Positions 1-9,659 of a DNA stretch of 57,785 nucleotides are shown here, one piece after another. The position numbers and the translations under genes are program-made. The DNA is from an uncultured Candidatus Sumerlaeota bacterium. Its GTDB lineage: Bacteria > CAYMEV01. The notes below the pieces were generated by a model. That model saw only the letters and a list, made by a program, of their open reading frames with translations. It was not told the origin of the DNA and did no database searches. The stretch covers positions 1 to 57,785 of the forward strand of contig CAYMEV010000022.1 in assembly GCA_964389675.1 (NCBI GenBank), given 5' to 3'. The number at the start of each line of letters is the position of its first letter. Within the stretch, counting starts at the first letter, position 1.

Positions 1-14
1 CTTCTTTTTCAAAT

Positions 15-461
15 TTAAGCTAATTTTGTGTCCAAGATAATTGGTGGCAGTATATCATTATAGCATATTATCAGATCATATGGATTAGCATTTTTATACC
101 TTTCAAAGATAGTGGGGACCGCATTATCTAGTACAATATCCCCAAAAAAAGATTTATATCCAACAAGAAGCCCTACAGGGATACATTCTATTTGTAATGA
201 TTCAACATACATTTTTTTGAAATCTTTTAATATCATTTTTATCTGATCTGATATTTCTTCAGCTTTAATACCCAAATAATATATAATATCAGATTCACTT
301 TTGATAACCATGATTTGATCAAGTTCTATTTTGCAATCATCAATAATTTTCTGATAATTTGTTAGAGTCTGTTTATCTTCATAATGCATACAACCTGTAA
401 ATATAATTATAAATAAAATCATCATGCTTTTTATGTTTATACAATTCCTAGTATCTACCAT
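15..461 (-). CDS. Hypothetical protein, probable lipoprotein
   Basis: ORF track gives 15..536. A hydrophobic stretch ending in a lipobox-like ILFIIIFTGC suggests the real start is ATG 461 or 425. Confidence 0.5.
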   Translation of the reverse strand: MVDTRNCINIKSMMILFIIIFTGCMHYEDKQTLTNYQKIIDDCKIELDQIMVIKSESDIIYYLGIKAEEISDQIKMILKDFKKMYVESLQIECIPVGLLVGYKSFFGDIVLDNAVPTIFERYKNANPYDLIICYNDILPPIILDTKLA

Positions 462-790
462 TAAATTCAATAATGTTAAGATTTTAGTAAACATAAATAA
501 TCTGGTTGGATTTTTCCATTGCTGCTGGAAGTTCATTAAAGGCAGGAAAACGAAACATGGCTAATACGCGAAAATTCATAAAGTAGAAACTTGAAATATC
601 ATTTATCTGTATTTCTTTGATATTTAAACCTCCAATAGTCTTAACATATATTGATTAGCAATATAATAGATGATACATTAGTGCAGAAAATAACGCAGAA
701 ATCTTTAAAGATACATCCCATGTAGACCAACAAAGAATATATCCTTACAATTTAGCTTTTTTTCCTTTTGAGGAATATATACATAATATT

Positions 791-1468
791 TTACCGTCCC
801 TCATGCTGAAAACAGCAATAAATTCTAATATCCCAAAATAGTGCACACGCTAAGTCGCCCAGACCGCCTCCCTCAACAGAGCCCATATTCTGATAGGTAC
901 AGCTCTCACATCTACTATTTGCACCAATAAGGTACATGCAGTATGGCATACCTGTATCACCCTGGCATATTGATGATTGGTCATCTGTATAGTTTTGCCT
1001 TCTATACAAGCAGGGTCCTCTTACAATCCATATATCGTTACAATCAGGAGGACAAGCTCCACTTTGATCCAATACATTTTCTCTATGACCTAAAGGAGGG
1101 CCATTAGAAAGATTTTCCTTGTGTATCATTGCTGCATTAAAAAAATTTTCATCTGCCTGAGTTAAACCATTGTCTTTTTCTATTACTTCAGAAGATGTAC
1201 TAGCAACAATAGCATCACTTGGAGTGAATGGACCGCTGCTCTCTCTAAAAATTGTATTGTACGATATATTTACAGAAAATATGTCTTTGGATAAATCAAC
1301 AGAGATGGCATTTGAAGATAGCGTGTAAAATTTGTTGATCTGATTTCGTTCAGATACTAAAAGTTGTTCTTTGCTTATCAGGAGATGTTTAGTCTGGGCG
1401 TTGGATCTGGTGGGAAAAGTAAACAAAAGGCAGATAAATAGTAGAAAGGCATGTTTGCATGTTTGCAT
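791..1468 (-). CDS. Secreted protein with Cys-rich C-terminal domain; out of frame with its SD-linked ATG
   Basis: N-terminal signal peptide (AFLLFICLLFTFPTRSNA) and 10 Cys in the last 87 aa. Promoter and SD lie upstream. Confidence 0.6.
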   Translation of the reverse strand: MQTCKHAFLLFICLLFTFPTRSNAQTKHLLISKEQLLVSERNQINKFYTLSSNAISVDLSKDIFSVNISYNTIFRESSGPFTPSDAIVASTSSEVIEKDNGLTQADENFFNAAMIHKENLSNGPPLGHRENVLDQSGACPPDCNDIWIVRGPCLYRRQNYTDDQSSICQGDTGMPYCMYLIGANSRCESCTYQNMGSVEGGGLGDLACALFWDIRIYCCFQHEGR

Positions 1469-1484
1469 GTTTGCATGTTTGCAT
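1449..1484. repeat. Tandem repeat (GCATGTTT)x4.5 across the start region of the Cys-rich gene
   Basis: Read directly: GCATGTTT at 1449, 1457, 1465 and 1473, then GCAT at 1481. Confidence 0.95.
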
Positions 1485-1518
1485 TATCATAACTCCTTTC
1501 AATGAAATATTACATTTT

Positions 1519-1546
1519 ATTCTATCATAAAAAGCAGTTATGTCAA
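1519..1546 (-). promoter_or_regulatory. Sigma70-type promoter TTGACA-N16-TAGAAT with TG extension
   Basis: Near-consensus boxes upstream of the GAAAGGAG SD at 1493-1500. Confidence 0.6.
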
Positions 1547-1984
1547 GAATTATTAGAACAAATGATTATGCATAGAAAATTTCCTGTAAAACATAAAAGA
1601 AACCTACAAATTTGAATTAAATGCATTCAGAAGAATTACAGGCCTGTTTGTCTATGGGCAGAAACTTGCAGGATTATATGTCCGGGCCGGTCTTACACCT
1701 GTGATATCAGGGCTTCACAATGGCTATACCATGGGAGCGTTCTCACTTGAAAAAGAGCCATAAGAATGCTGTAAATTTAAATAAAGACAGGGCTTGAAAA
1801 CGATATTTTTTTCTTGTTTTCCGGCCTGTATTAAAAATTGATAATCTTTAAGCCTTTAATTTGAGTATAGTAAAATCCCTGAATAAAAATAATCAAATTC
1901 TATGCTATGAGCAGGATATATTTTGAATTTAATCCATAAATAATCTATTATGTTTAGAGTCAAGGTTATATCTGGAGGGTATAT

Positions 1985-2920
1985 ATGCCTGAAAAAAAGA
2001 GGGCACCGAGAAACAGGACACTGCTGCTGACATATGAGGAAAGGGACAGCCTTCAAAAGAAGATATGTCATGCTGATAAGCCATTGAAAACACAATATAT
2101 CAGGGACAGGATATTTAATGATGACCTTTTTTCAGTTATGGGAAAATTCCCTGATAAGTTTGCTGACCTTATTATTATCGACCCACCTTATAACCTGAGC
2201 AAGAATTTCCATGGCATCAAGTTCAGCCGGTCTGATAATGCCGAGTATCTAAAATATGTAGAAAGCTGGCTTCCAAAAATTGCAGGCATGCTGAAGGATG
2301 ATGGAAGCCTCTATGTCTGTTGTGACTGGGAAAGCAGTACAGCCATTTATCAGGTCTTGAGCAGGCATCTTATCATAAGAAACAGGATAACCTGGCAGAG
2401 AGAAAAGGGAAGAGGGGCAAAGGCAAACTGGAAGAACTGCACAGAGGATATCTGGTTTGCAACAGCCTCTGACAAGTATTATTTTGATATTGATTCAGTC
2501 ATGATAAAAAGAAGGGTCATTGCCCCCTACAGGGAAAATGGAAAGCCAAAGGGATGGCAGGAAACGGATAAGGGTAATTTCAGGCTCACCCATCCTTCCA
2601 ATTTTTGGGATGATATAACTGTGCCATTCTGGTCAATGAGAGAAAATACAGACCATCCTGCCCAGAAGCCTGAAAAACTTATGGCAAAGCTTATACTTGC
2701 AAGCTGTCCTGAGGGTGGCCTTGTCTTTGACCCCTTTTCAGGGTCAGGCACTTCTCTTGTAGCTGCAAAAAAGCTGGGCAGGAGCTATTGCGGTATTGAA
2801 ATAAACACGGAATACTGCCTGTGGGCACAGAAAAGGATTGATATTGCAGAGCAAAACAGGGAAATACAGGGTTATGATGGAGGTATCTTCTGGGAGAGAA
2901 ACTCGAAAAAAAACGGATAA
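1985..2920 (+). CDS. Site-specific DNA methyltransferase, N6-adenine/N4-cytosine, beta class
   Basis: Catalytic DPPY precedes HPAQKP and the SAM-binding DPFSGSGT motif; GGAGG SD upstream. Confidence 0.9.
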   Translation: MPEKKRAPRNRTLLLTYEERDSLQKKICHADKPLKTQYIRDRIFNDDLFSVMGKFPDKFADLIIIDPPYNLSKNFHGIKFSRSDNAEYLKYVESWLPKIAGMLKDDGSLYVCCDWESSTAIYQVLSRHLIIRNRITWQREKGRGAKANWKNCTEDIWFATASDKYYFDIDSVMIKRRVIAPYRENGKPKGWQETDKGNFRLTHPSNFWDDITVPFWSMRENTDHPAQKPEKLMAKLILASCPEGGLVFDPFSGSGTSLVAAKKLGRSYCGIEINTEYCLWAQKRIDIAEQNREIQGYDGGIFWERNSKKNG

Positions 2921-2936
2921 GGAAGCCAAATTTATT

Positions 2937-3983
2937 TTACTGTCTGGCCTGCAATTCATGCATGTCGCTTAAATGCAGCTTGATCAGTTTTTCATAGTAA
3001 TCCATGCTCTCTTCTGCATCATCATCTTCGCATTTAATTACAAAGTTTGCCAGCATAAGAACCCTGCCAATAAAAAAGGCCTCTATTTCCCCTGGATATT
3101 TTACCGGCCATTTTCTCAGAGAGGAATAGCCTTCCTGAAAAGCCCTGTAAAACACTTTCCGCTTCTTATTCTTACTTATATACCATAAGGCAATGGCAAT
3201 ATCCTGTACCGGATATCCCCACATAGCATCTTCAAAATCAAGTGCATAGAATTTCCCCTGATGAACCTTAATATTATCCAGGTGAAAGTCTCCGTGCAGG
3301 ATGATTGGTTTTTCCGTGTTTTCACTGTTATAAAGATCTGCCAGGGCACTTTTTACGATCTCTACACCCTGTTTAAAGAGCTTTCTTCTATTACCGGACA
3401 TATACTCTTCATATTTTTTGCTGAAAATTTCTTCAGGATCCCAGTAAAAAACCCTGTCCCATTTCATTAAAACACTATAGATTTCAGCAGAAGGATGAGA
3501 TTTTTGGAGAAGCTGTTCAGATAAATTATGGATTTTAGCCAGCTTTTTTCCCCAGCTATAGCAATTTTTAATACTGATCTTCCGGGAGAAATTTCTCCCA
3601 TGAAGCCATTCATAAATCATACAGTACCTGGGTTCATCAAGAAAATCAGCATCAACCTCTATTACCAGTTCCTTTTTTCTCGTTTCAACAGGTTTTAAGG
3701 CATTAAAATCAGCAAGTTTGTGAAGCTCAGAAAGCCATGTGTTTGAAGCCTGGAGCTCTGGCAGATTGTGATCACCCGGCCTTGCAATCTTCATAATATA
3801 TTTCTCACCGGATTTTGTTGTTATTGAATACATTACATTGCTGTGTTCTGCATAAAACCTGACTATATCAACATCCAGGTCATAATTCAAAAGTGCTTTT
3901 TCTACGATTTTTTTTAATCTTTTAAGCTTGGTTCTTCTTGATACATTATTAAATTGTTTTAATTCCATTATCCTTCCTTTCAT
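2937..3983 (-). CDS. APH / homoserine kinase type II-like phosphotransferase
   Basis: HGDFHLDN catalytic loop and LDFED Mg-binding motif. Confidence 0.85.
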   Translation of the reverse strand: MKGRIMELKQFNNVSRRTKLKRLKKIVEKALLNYDLDVDIVRFYAEHSNVMYSITTKSGEKYIMKIARPGDHNLPELQASNTWLSELHKLADFNALKPVETRKKELVIEVDADFLDEPRYCMIYEWLHGRNFSRKISIKNCYSWGKKLAKIHNLSEQLLQKSHPSAEIYSVLMKWDRVFYWDPEEIFSKKYEEYMSGNRRKLFKQGVEIVKSALADLYNSENTEKPIILHGDFHLDNIKVHQGKFYALDFEDAMWGYPVQDIAIALWYISKNKKRKVFYRAFQEGYSSLRKWPVKYPGEIEAFFIGRVLMLANFVIKCEDDDAEESMDYYEKLIKLHLSDMHELQARQ

Positions 3984-4158
3984 TTAGCCTCAGATAAACA
4001 AAGCGGCTATTCCGTTTTTTTCAGGTAGAAACCATATAGGAAAGCGGATAAACATCAAGGCTTTGATTCACAGAGGGATTTTATGACTTATAATAATATT
4101 CAGGCAATTTATCAAGTGGCTGGAAGTAGATTTTAGTGCCATATGTATCTGCTCTTTT

Positions 4159-4605
4159 TCACTTATTCAACTCCTCTTTTACCTGTTTTTCCACATAGGC
4201 AAAGGGCAGTTCCTTATTTTCTGCTCCCAGGCTTACAAATGCCTTGGTTAAGTTTTGAGTTGTAGATTCTAATTTTAGCATAAACTCATTATAGATAGCC
4301 TCCCGTTTAGGATCGGTTTCTTCTTTTCCATAAAACAAATTTATTAGATCTTCTATCATCTGATCCATTGCCCACAGTCTCAAATGCAGAAGCTCATGGA
4401 TAATAACCTCTTCATAGTTGCTGACTGACCGGTTAAAGTCATTAAGCAGTAAAATAGCCTGCTGATTACTGTCATCAATCTTAATATCGCCTGATTTCCG
4501 CCACTTCTGACCAACCAGCTGAAGCTTGATATCATAGTCCTGCAGCCTTAAAATCTTCTGCCATTTTCTTAAAATTCCTTCTGCTTTTTTATAGTCTATC
4601 TTCAT
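4159..4605 (-). CDS. Small HExxH zincin-like protein
   Basis: IIHELLHL motif; AAGGGAG SD upstream. Confidence 0.6.
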   Translation of the reverse strand: MKIDYKKAEGILRKWQKILRLQDYDIKLQLVGQKWRKSGDIKIDDSNQQAILLLNDFNRSVSNYEEVIIHELLHLRLWAMDQMIEDLINLFYGKEETDPKREAIYNEFMLKLESTTQNLTKAFVSLGAENKELPFAYVEKQVKEELNK

Positions 4606-5071
4606 ATTCTCCCTTTCTTCAGCATTAAGACATAGAGCAGACGGAAAAGAAAATCAACTTTCGTGCCCTGTCCTTAAATTTTATAAAATTGCTCCAGAAT
4701 ATCAAAATACTGATAATATTTTATCAACATCTTAGAAAACCCTAATAATTTTAAGCAATATTAATTTAAGAATCTACATATTTCTTTTCAAACCGATCAT
4801 TATACAGCATTTTTACCCTGTTTTAAGGCAAAAATTGCAATAGATTCTGAAAAATGTTATATATTCTTCAACTCTATATAATGCTTTAATTCAATTATAT
4901 GCTGATTATACTGTAAATTGGTCTATAGCAGAAAAATTTATGAAAATCAATGCACGGAGTCTCAGGGGAATTATATTTATGAATTAGGAGATATCGCAGG
5001 TCATTTAATTTCTGGATTATTTATGCGGACTGAATAAAAATAAAAAGATGATACTGAAAAGGATGTGAGAT

Positions 5072-6043
5072 ATGGAAGATTTAAATTTTTTGATGATGCT
5101 GTTTCCATTTATTTTTGGTTTTCAGACGAGGATCCCCCCCAATGCAGCATCTCAGGTAACCCATGCAGTAACTTGGCTTGCAAAGGCAGAGAGATTTTAC
5201 GGAATGAACAGCCTTAAGCTGATACCATTCCTGTATGAGCTCAGCTACAGGATGATCCAGTACGGGCCTGACAATTATAAAGGGGCACTTCCCTTACTCG
5301 AGCGTGCTTATAATATACAAAGCGAAAAAGGGACCAGTCAGAAGCAGGGCATTGCAATTGCAATGGCAAGGCTTGGAGAATGCCTGATCTTTACTGGAGA
5401 CACCGTCCGTGCTGGAGACCTGCTGAATAGGGCAGAAAAAATGATGGATGATATTCCTGAAATTGAGGAGCATTTCAGAGGATTGGTACTAACTGATATT
5501 GCTTTTTGTGAAATAGTCAAATCAAATCCCGGGGCAGACCCTCTGATGATCAAACTTCAGATCTCGGCAAACCCTGTTCCTGTCGTATCTCTGCCTTTAT
5601 CAGCTGTAGAGAAGGCCAAAAAGGCAATTGAAATATATAATATTGTGCAGAGCAGGAAATATGGCGAGAGTACCTATAAGCCAGCCAGCCATTTTCAATA
5701 TACTGCAATGATCAGAGCTTTCAACCTTGAGGAGAGTATGAAGGGCGTTTTTGACAGAGCGCTTAAAAGCCTTAGAGAACCTTCATCAGGCGGAGTACAG
5801 AGACAGGGCTGTTTTGTCGCCACAGCTGTTTACGGTTCTTATGACTGTGATGAAGTACTGCTTTTAAGGCGGTTCAGGGATGAAAAACTGCAGAAGAGCT
5901 TTTTAGGCCGTCTTTTTATTTCTGTATATTATAAAGCTGGGCCTTTTTTAGCCGGTATGGCATCAAAAAAGCCCTTAATAAAGCAGCTATTCCGTCTGAT
6001 GCTTGATTTTGCAGTTAGAAACTGCAACTGGCTTTTGGGCTGA
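5072..6043 (+). CDS. TPR-like protein with C-terminal CFI-box-CTERM-like domain
   Basis: TPR-like helices; the C-terminus reads GCFVATAVYGSYD...LRRFRD...GRLFISVYYKAGP. Confidence 0.75.
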   Translation: MEDLNFLMMLFPFIFGFQTRIPPNAASQVTHAVTWLAKAERFYGMNSLKLIPFLYELSYRMIQYGPDNYKGALPLLERAYNIQSEKGTSQKQGIAIAMARLGECLIFTGDTVRAGDLLNRAEKMMDDIPEIEEHFRGLVLTDIAFCEIVKSNPGADPLMIKLQISANPVPVVSLPLSAVEKAKKAIEIYNIVQSRKYGESTYKPASHFQYTAMIRAFNLEESMKGVFDRALKSLREPSSGGVQRQGCFVATAVYGSYDCDEVLLLRRFRDEKLQKSFLGRLFISVYYKAGPFLAGMASKKPLIKQLFRLMLDFAVRNCNWLLG

Positions 6044-6050
6044 AAAACTG

Positions 6051-6075
6051 CCGGTTTTCAAAAAAAAACCGGTTT
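6051..6075 (+). terminator. Possible intrinsic terminator
   Basis: CCGGTTTT/AAAACCGG inverted repeat just after the stop codon, with a short T tail. Confidence 0.35.
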
Positions 6076-6207
6076 CAAGATCGCGATATATTGCAAACAG
6101 CCTGTATTAATGCCAGATACCGCGAAAAAGGAAAAACCGGAAACACTCTACTCAGTATATTGTTAAAGCATTGAAAACAGCCTTTTTTTTGCTTAAAAAA
6201 TTAATCT

Positions 6208-6235
6208 TTGAATATATTGGAATTACAGATAAAAT
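6208..6235 (+). promoter_or_regulatory. Sigma70-type promoter TTGAAT-N16-TAAAAT
   Basis: Lies upstream of the nitroreductase-clpB operon. Confidence 0.45.
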
Positions 6236-6268
6236 AAAAATCAAATTATTAAGAGAGAGGTTCTTATT

Positions 6269-7036
6269 ATGGATAAAATTAAGAAATACAGGAATTTCAT
6301 GAAGTCTAATCTCGGAGGCATGCTTGCCATAGAGACGGAAGTTGATGTTTCAGACCAGCAGAAGGGGCTTCCCAGGCCTGCTCTGCAGAAACCCTATCCC
6401 GAAGACAGCAGGATCATACCGCTGCCTGATTTTGAAGACATACTGCTAAACAGGGACAATATAATTGATATAATAAAAAATAGGCGTTCTCACAGGAAGT
6501 TTAACGGTGAGCCTGTTACATTTAAGGAGCTGTCCTACCTCCTGTGGGCTACACAGGGCCTCCACAGGGTGATTGACAATGATTATGCTTCGCTCCGTTC
6601 TGTCCCATCCGCAGGGGCAAGGCACCCCTTTGAGACATACCTTGTTATAAACAATGTAGATGATCTGGAATGCGGCCTTTACAGGTATCTCCCATTTGAT
6701 AAATCTCTCTTATGGATGGGCAGGATCGAAGACCTTGAGGATAAGCTTGACAAAGCTACCTTAGGTCAGGTGTTTGTCGCAAAAAGCGCTGTAGTTTTTA
6801 TATGGAGCTGTATTCCGTACAGAAATGAATGGAGATATAATATTGGAGGCCATAAGCCCATGCTTATTGATGCAGGGCATGTATGCCAGAACCTCTATCT
6901 TGCCTGTGAAAGCATAAAGTGCGGGACATGCGCTATTGCCGCATATAACCAGATGCTTATTGACCACCTTATCGGTGTGGACGGTGAGGATGAATTTGTC
7001 GTATACCTGTCTCCTGTCGGCAGGATAGATATTTAG
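6269..7036 (+). CDS. SagB/ThcOx-family nitroreductase-fold oxidoreductase
   Basis: RRSHR, RSVPSAGARHPFETY and DAGHVCQNLYL motifs. Confidence 0.88.
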   Translation: MDKIKKYRNFMKSNLGGMLAIETEVDVSDQQKGLPRPALQKPYPEDSRIIPLPDFEDILLNRDNIIDIIKNRRSHRKFNGEPVTFKELSYLLWATQGLHRVIDNDYASLRSVPSAGARHPFETYLVINNVDDLECGLYRYLPFDKSLLWMGRIEDLEDKLDKATLGQVFVAKSAVVFIWSCIPYRNEWRYNIGGHKPMLIDAGHVCQNLYLACESIKCGTCAIAAYNQMLIDHLIGVDGEDEFVVYLSPVGRIDI

Positions 7037-7051
7037 AAAGGAGCTGGAGGC

Positions 7052-9646
7052 ATGAATATCGAGAAGCTTACCCAGAAATCCCAGGAAGCTTTAATGCTTT
7101 CTCAAAACATTGCAATAAATAACGGAAACCAGTCAATAGATGTTATCCACCTTCTTTATTCGTTGATCCAGGACGGGAACAGCCTTGCCTGCAGAATATT
7201 TCAGAAGCTTGAAGTTAACACCGAAAGGCTTTTAAAAGACATAGAGAGTGTGATAGATAAGCTTCCGAAGGTTCAGGGCCTGAGGGAAAACCCTGAGAAC
7301 CTGTATTTATCAGGAGGATTGAACAATCTTATATATAGAGCTGAACAGGAAGCTGTCCAGATGAAGGATAAATTTGTAAGTATTGAGCATATACTGCTTG
7401 CAATGTGTGATGAATCAAAAACTTCCCCTGTAAGCAAGCTTTTTGAAGACTATGAGATCACCAAGAAGAAAATACTTAAAGTACTTGTGGATATTAGAGG
7501 CCAGACAAAGGTTGACTCAAAGAATCCCGAGGAGACATATGAAGCACTTGCAAGATTTGGCAGGGACCTGATAGAGGATGCAAAGAAAAACAGGCTTGAT
7601 CCTGTTATAGGAAGGGATGAGGAGATAAGAAGGGTAATCAGGATACTGTCAAGGAGGACAAAGAACAATCCTGTGCTGATAGGCAGTCCCGGGGTGGGTA
7701 AAACTGCCATAGTCGAAGGGCTTGCAGATAGGATACTAAGGGGAGATGTTCCCCAGAGCCTGAAGGACAAGACTATCTGGGCACTTGACATGGGAGCGCT
7801 TATTGCAGGTGCAAAATACAGGGGAGAGTTTGAAGAAAGGCTGAAGGCTGTTCTGAATGAAGTTGCAAAGTCAGAGGGCAGGATAATCATGTTCATTGAC
7901 GAGATTCACAATATAGTCGGGGCAGGTAGAACAGAAGGTGCCATGGATGCCGGCAATCTTCTGAAACCTCTGCTTGCAAGGGGTGAGCTTAGATGCATTG
8001 GTGCAACAACCACAGATGAGTACAGGAAATATATAGAAAAGGACAAGGCTCTTGAAAGGCGATTCCAGACTGTTATGGTTGAGCCGCCGGATGTAGAGGA
8101 GACTATCTCCATATTAAGGGGATTAAAAGAAAGGTTTGAGGTGCATCATGGCATAAGGATAAGGGATACAGCGCTTGTCCAGGCTGCGATCCTTTCCGAC
8201 AGGTATATTACAGACAGGTTTCTGCCTGATAAGGCTATAGACCTTATGGATGAGGCTGCTTCAATGATAAGGACAGAGATCGATTCAATGCCTGCAGAGC
8301 TTGATGAGCTGTCAAGGAGGTCAATACAGCTTGAGATAGAACTTCAGGCTCTTAAGGCCGAAAAGGATGAAAAATCAAGGGAAAGGCTGAAGGAGATTGA
8401 AAAACAGCTGGCAGAGATAAATGAGAAAATGTCTTTGCTTAAACTGAAATGGGAGGAAGAAAAAACGGTCATATCTCATATAGGCGATATAAAGAAGGAG
8501 ATTGAGACAGTAAAGAAGGAAATAGAGAAATCTGAGAGGGATTATGACCTCAACAGGGCCGCTCAGCTTAAATACGGAAAACTTGTGAAACTTGAGAAGG
8601 ATCTGGAGGAATACGAGAAGAAGCTTGAGAAATACGAAGCGGAAGGAAGGCTTTTAAAAGAAGAGGTAACAGAGGAAGAAATAGCCCAGGTAGTATCAAA
8701 GTGGACAAGAATACCAGTCTCGAAACTGATGGAGGGAGAAAAACAGAAACTTCTCAATCTGGAAGAAATACTTCATGAAAGGGTTGTCGGGCAGGATGAT
8801 GCTATCAGGATAGTATCCAATGCTATTTTAAGAAGCAGGTCCGGGCTGAAAGACCCTAAAAAGCCTATTGCAAGCTGTATATTCCTGGGGCCCACAGGAG
8901 TAGGGAAAACAGAGGTTGCAAGGGCACTGGCAGAAGCTCTTTTTGACAGCGAAAACAATATTGTTAGGATAGACATGTCAGAGTATATGGAAAGGCATTC
9001 TGTCTCCAGGCTTATAGGTGCACCTCCGGGTTATGTAGGTTATGATGAGGGTGGACAGCTTACTGAAGTCATAAGAAGGAAGCCCTATTCGGTACTTCTA
9101 TTTGACGAGATAGAGAAGGCCCATAATGATGTCTTCAATATATTGCTGCAGGTGCTGGATGATGGCAGGCTGACAGACAATCAGGGGCATACTGTTGATT
9201 TTAAGAATACAATTATTATTATGACCTCAAATATTGGTTCTGTTCTCCTTCTTGAAAACTGCACCAAGGACGGCACAATACCTGATAATATTAAATCGCA
9301 GGTATTGAACCAGCTGAAGAACCATTTCAAGCCTGAATTCTTAAACAGGATTGATGAGACAGTAATATTCAACCCGCTGACAGAGGATAATCTTGTTGAT
9401 ATTGCCAGGCTGCAGTTCGGATACCTGTCTGAAAGGATGGCCTCTATGGATTTAAGCCTTGATGTTGATGATGAAGTATACAGGTTTGCTGCAAAAGAAT
9501 CATATGATCCCATGTATGGTGCCAGGCCTCTCAACAGGTATATACAGAATCAGATAGAAACGATTATTGCCAAAAGGATTATTGAGGGAGCTGTCTCTGA
9601 TACTATAAGGCTGAAGATAAAAGACAGCCGCCTGATCGTGGAATAG
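7052..9646 (+). CDS. clpB: ATP-dependent chaperone ClpB
   Basis: Two AAA+ modules ([16 protein letters not shown]), coiled-coil middle domain, 864 aa. Confidence 0.97.
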   Translation: MNIEKLTQKSQEALMLSQNIAINNGNQSIDVIHLLYSLIQDGNSLACRIFQKLEVNTERLLKDIESVIDKLPKVQGLRENPENLYLSGGLNNLIYRAEQEAVQMKDKFVSIEHILLAMCDESKTSPVSKLFEDYEITKKKILKVLVDIRGQTKVDSKNPEETYEALARFGRDLIEDAKKNRLDPVIGRDEEIRRVIRILSRRTKNNPVLIGSPGVGKTAIVEGLADRILRGDVPQSLKDKTIWALDMGALIAGAKYRGEFEERLKAVLNEVAKSEGRIIMFIDEIHNIVGAGRTEGAMDAGNLLKPLLARGELRCIGATTTDEYRKYIEKDKALERRFQTVMVEPPDVEETISILRGLKERFEVHHGIRIRDTALVQAAILSDRYITDRFLPDKAIDLMDEAASMIRTEIDSMPAELDELSRRSIQLEIELQALKAEKDEKSRERLKEIEKQLAEINEKMSLLKLKWEEEKTVISHIGDIKKEIETVKKEIEKSERDYDLNRAAQLKYGKLVKLEKDLEEYEKKLEKYEAEGRLLKEEVTEEEIAQVVSKWTRIPVSKLMEGEKQKLLNLEEILHERVVGQDDAIRIVSNAILRSRSGLKDPKKPIASCIFLGPTGVGKTEVARALAEALFDSENNIVRIDMSEYMERHSVSRLIGAPPGYVGYDEGGQLTEVIRRKPYSVLLFDEIEKAHNDVFNILLQVLDDGRLTDNQGHTVDFKNTIIIMTSNIGSVLLLENCTKDGTIPDNIKSQVLNQLKNHFKPEFLNRIDETVIFNPLTEDNLVDIARLQFGYLSERMASMDLSLDVDDEVYRFAAKESYDPMYGARPLNRYIQNQIETIIAKRIIEGAVSDTIRLKIKDSRLIVE

Positions 9647-9659
9647 CAGGAAAGTTATC

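Noticed and set aside
480-790. Stop-free stretch of about 55 codons on the minus strand between the first two genes
   Set aside because: No convincing SD or recognisable motif; may be a gene remnant but cannot be supported.
1590-1763. Open frame ...FRRITGLFVYGQKLAGLYVRAG...EKEP* upstream of the methyltransferase
   Set aside because: No start codon or SD after the preceding stop; not identifiable as a restriction gene remnant or a precursor peptide.
6269-7036. SagB-like dehydrogenase as a sign of a thiazole/oxazole RiPP cluster
   Set aside because: No YcaO, E1-like protein or precursor nearby; stand-alone members of this family are common.
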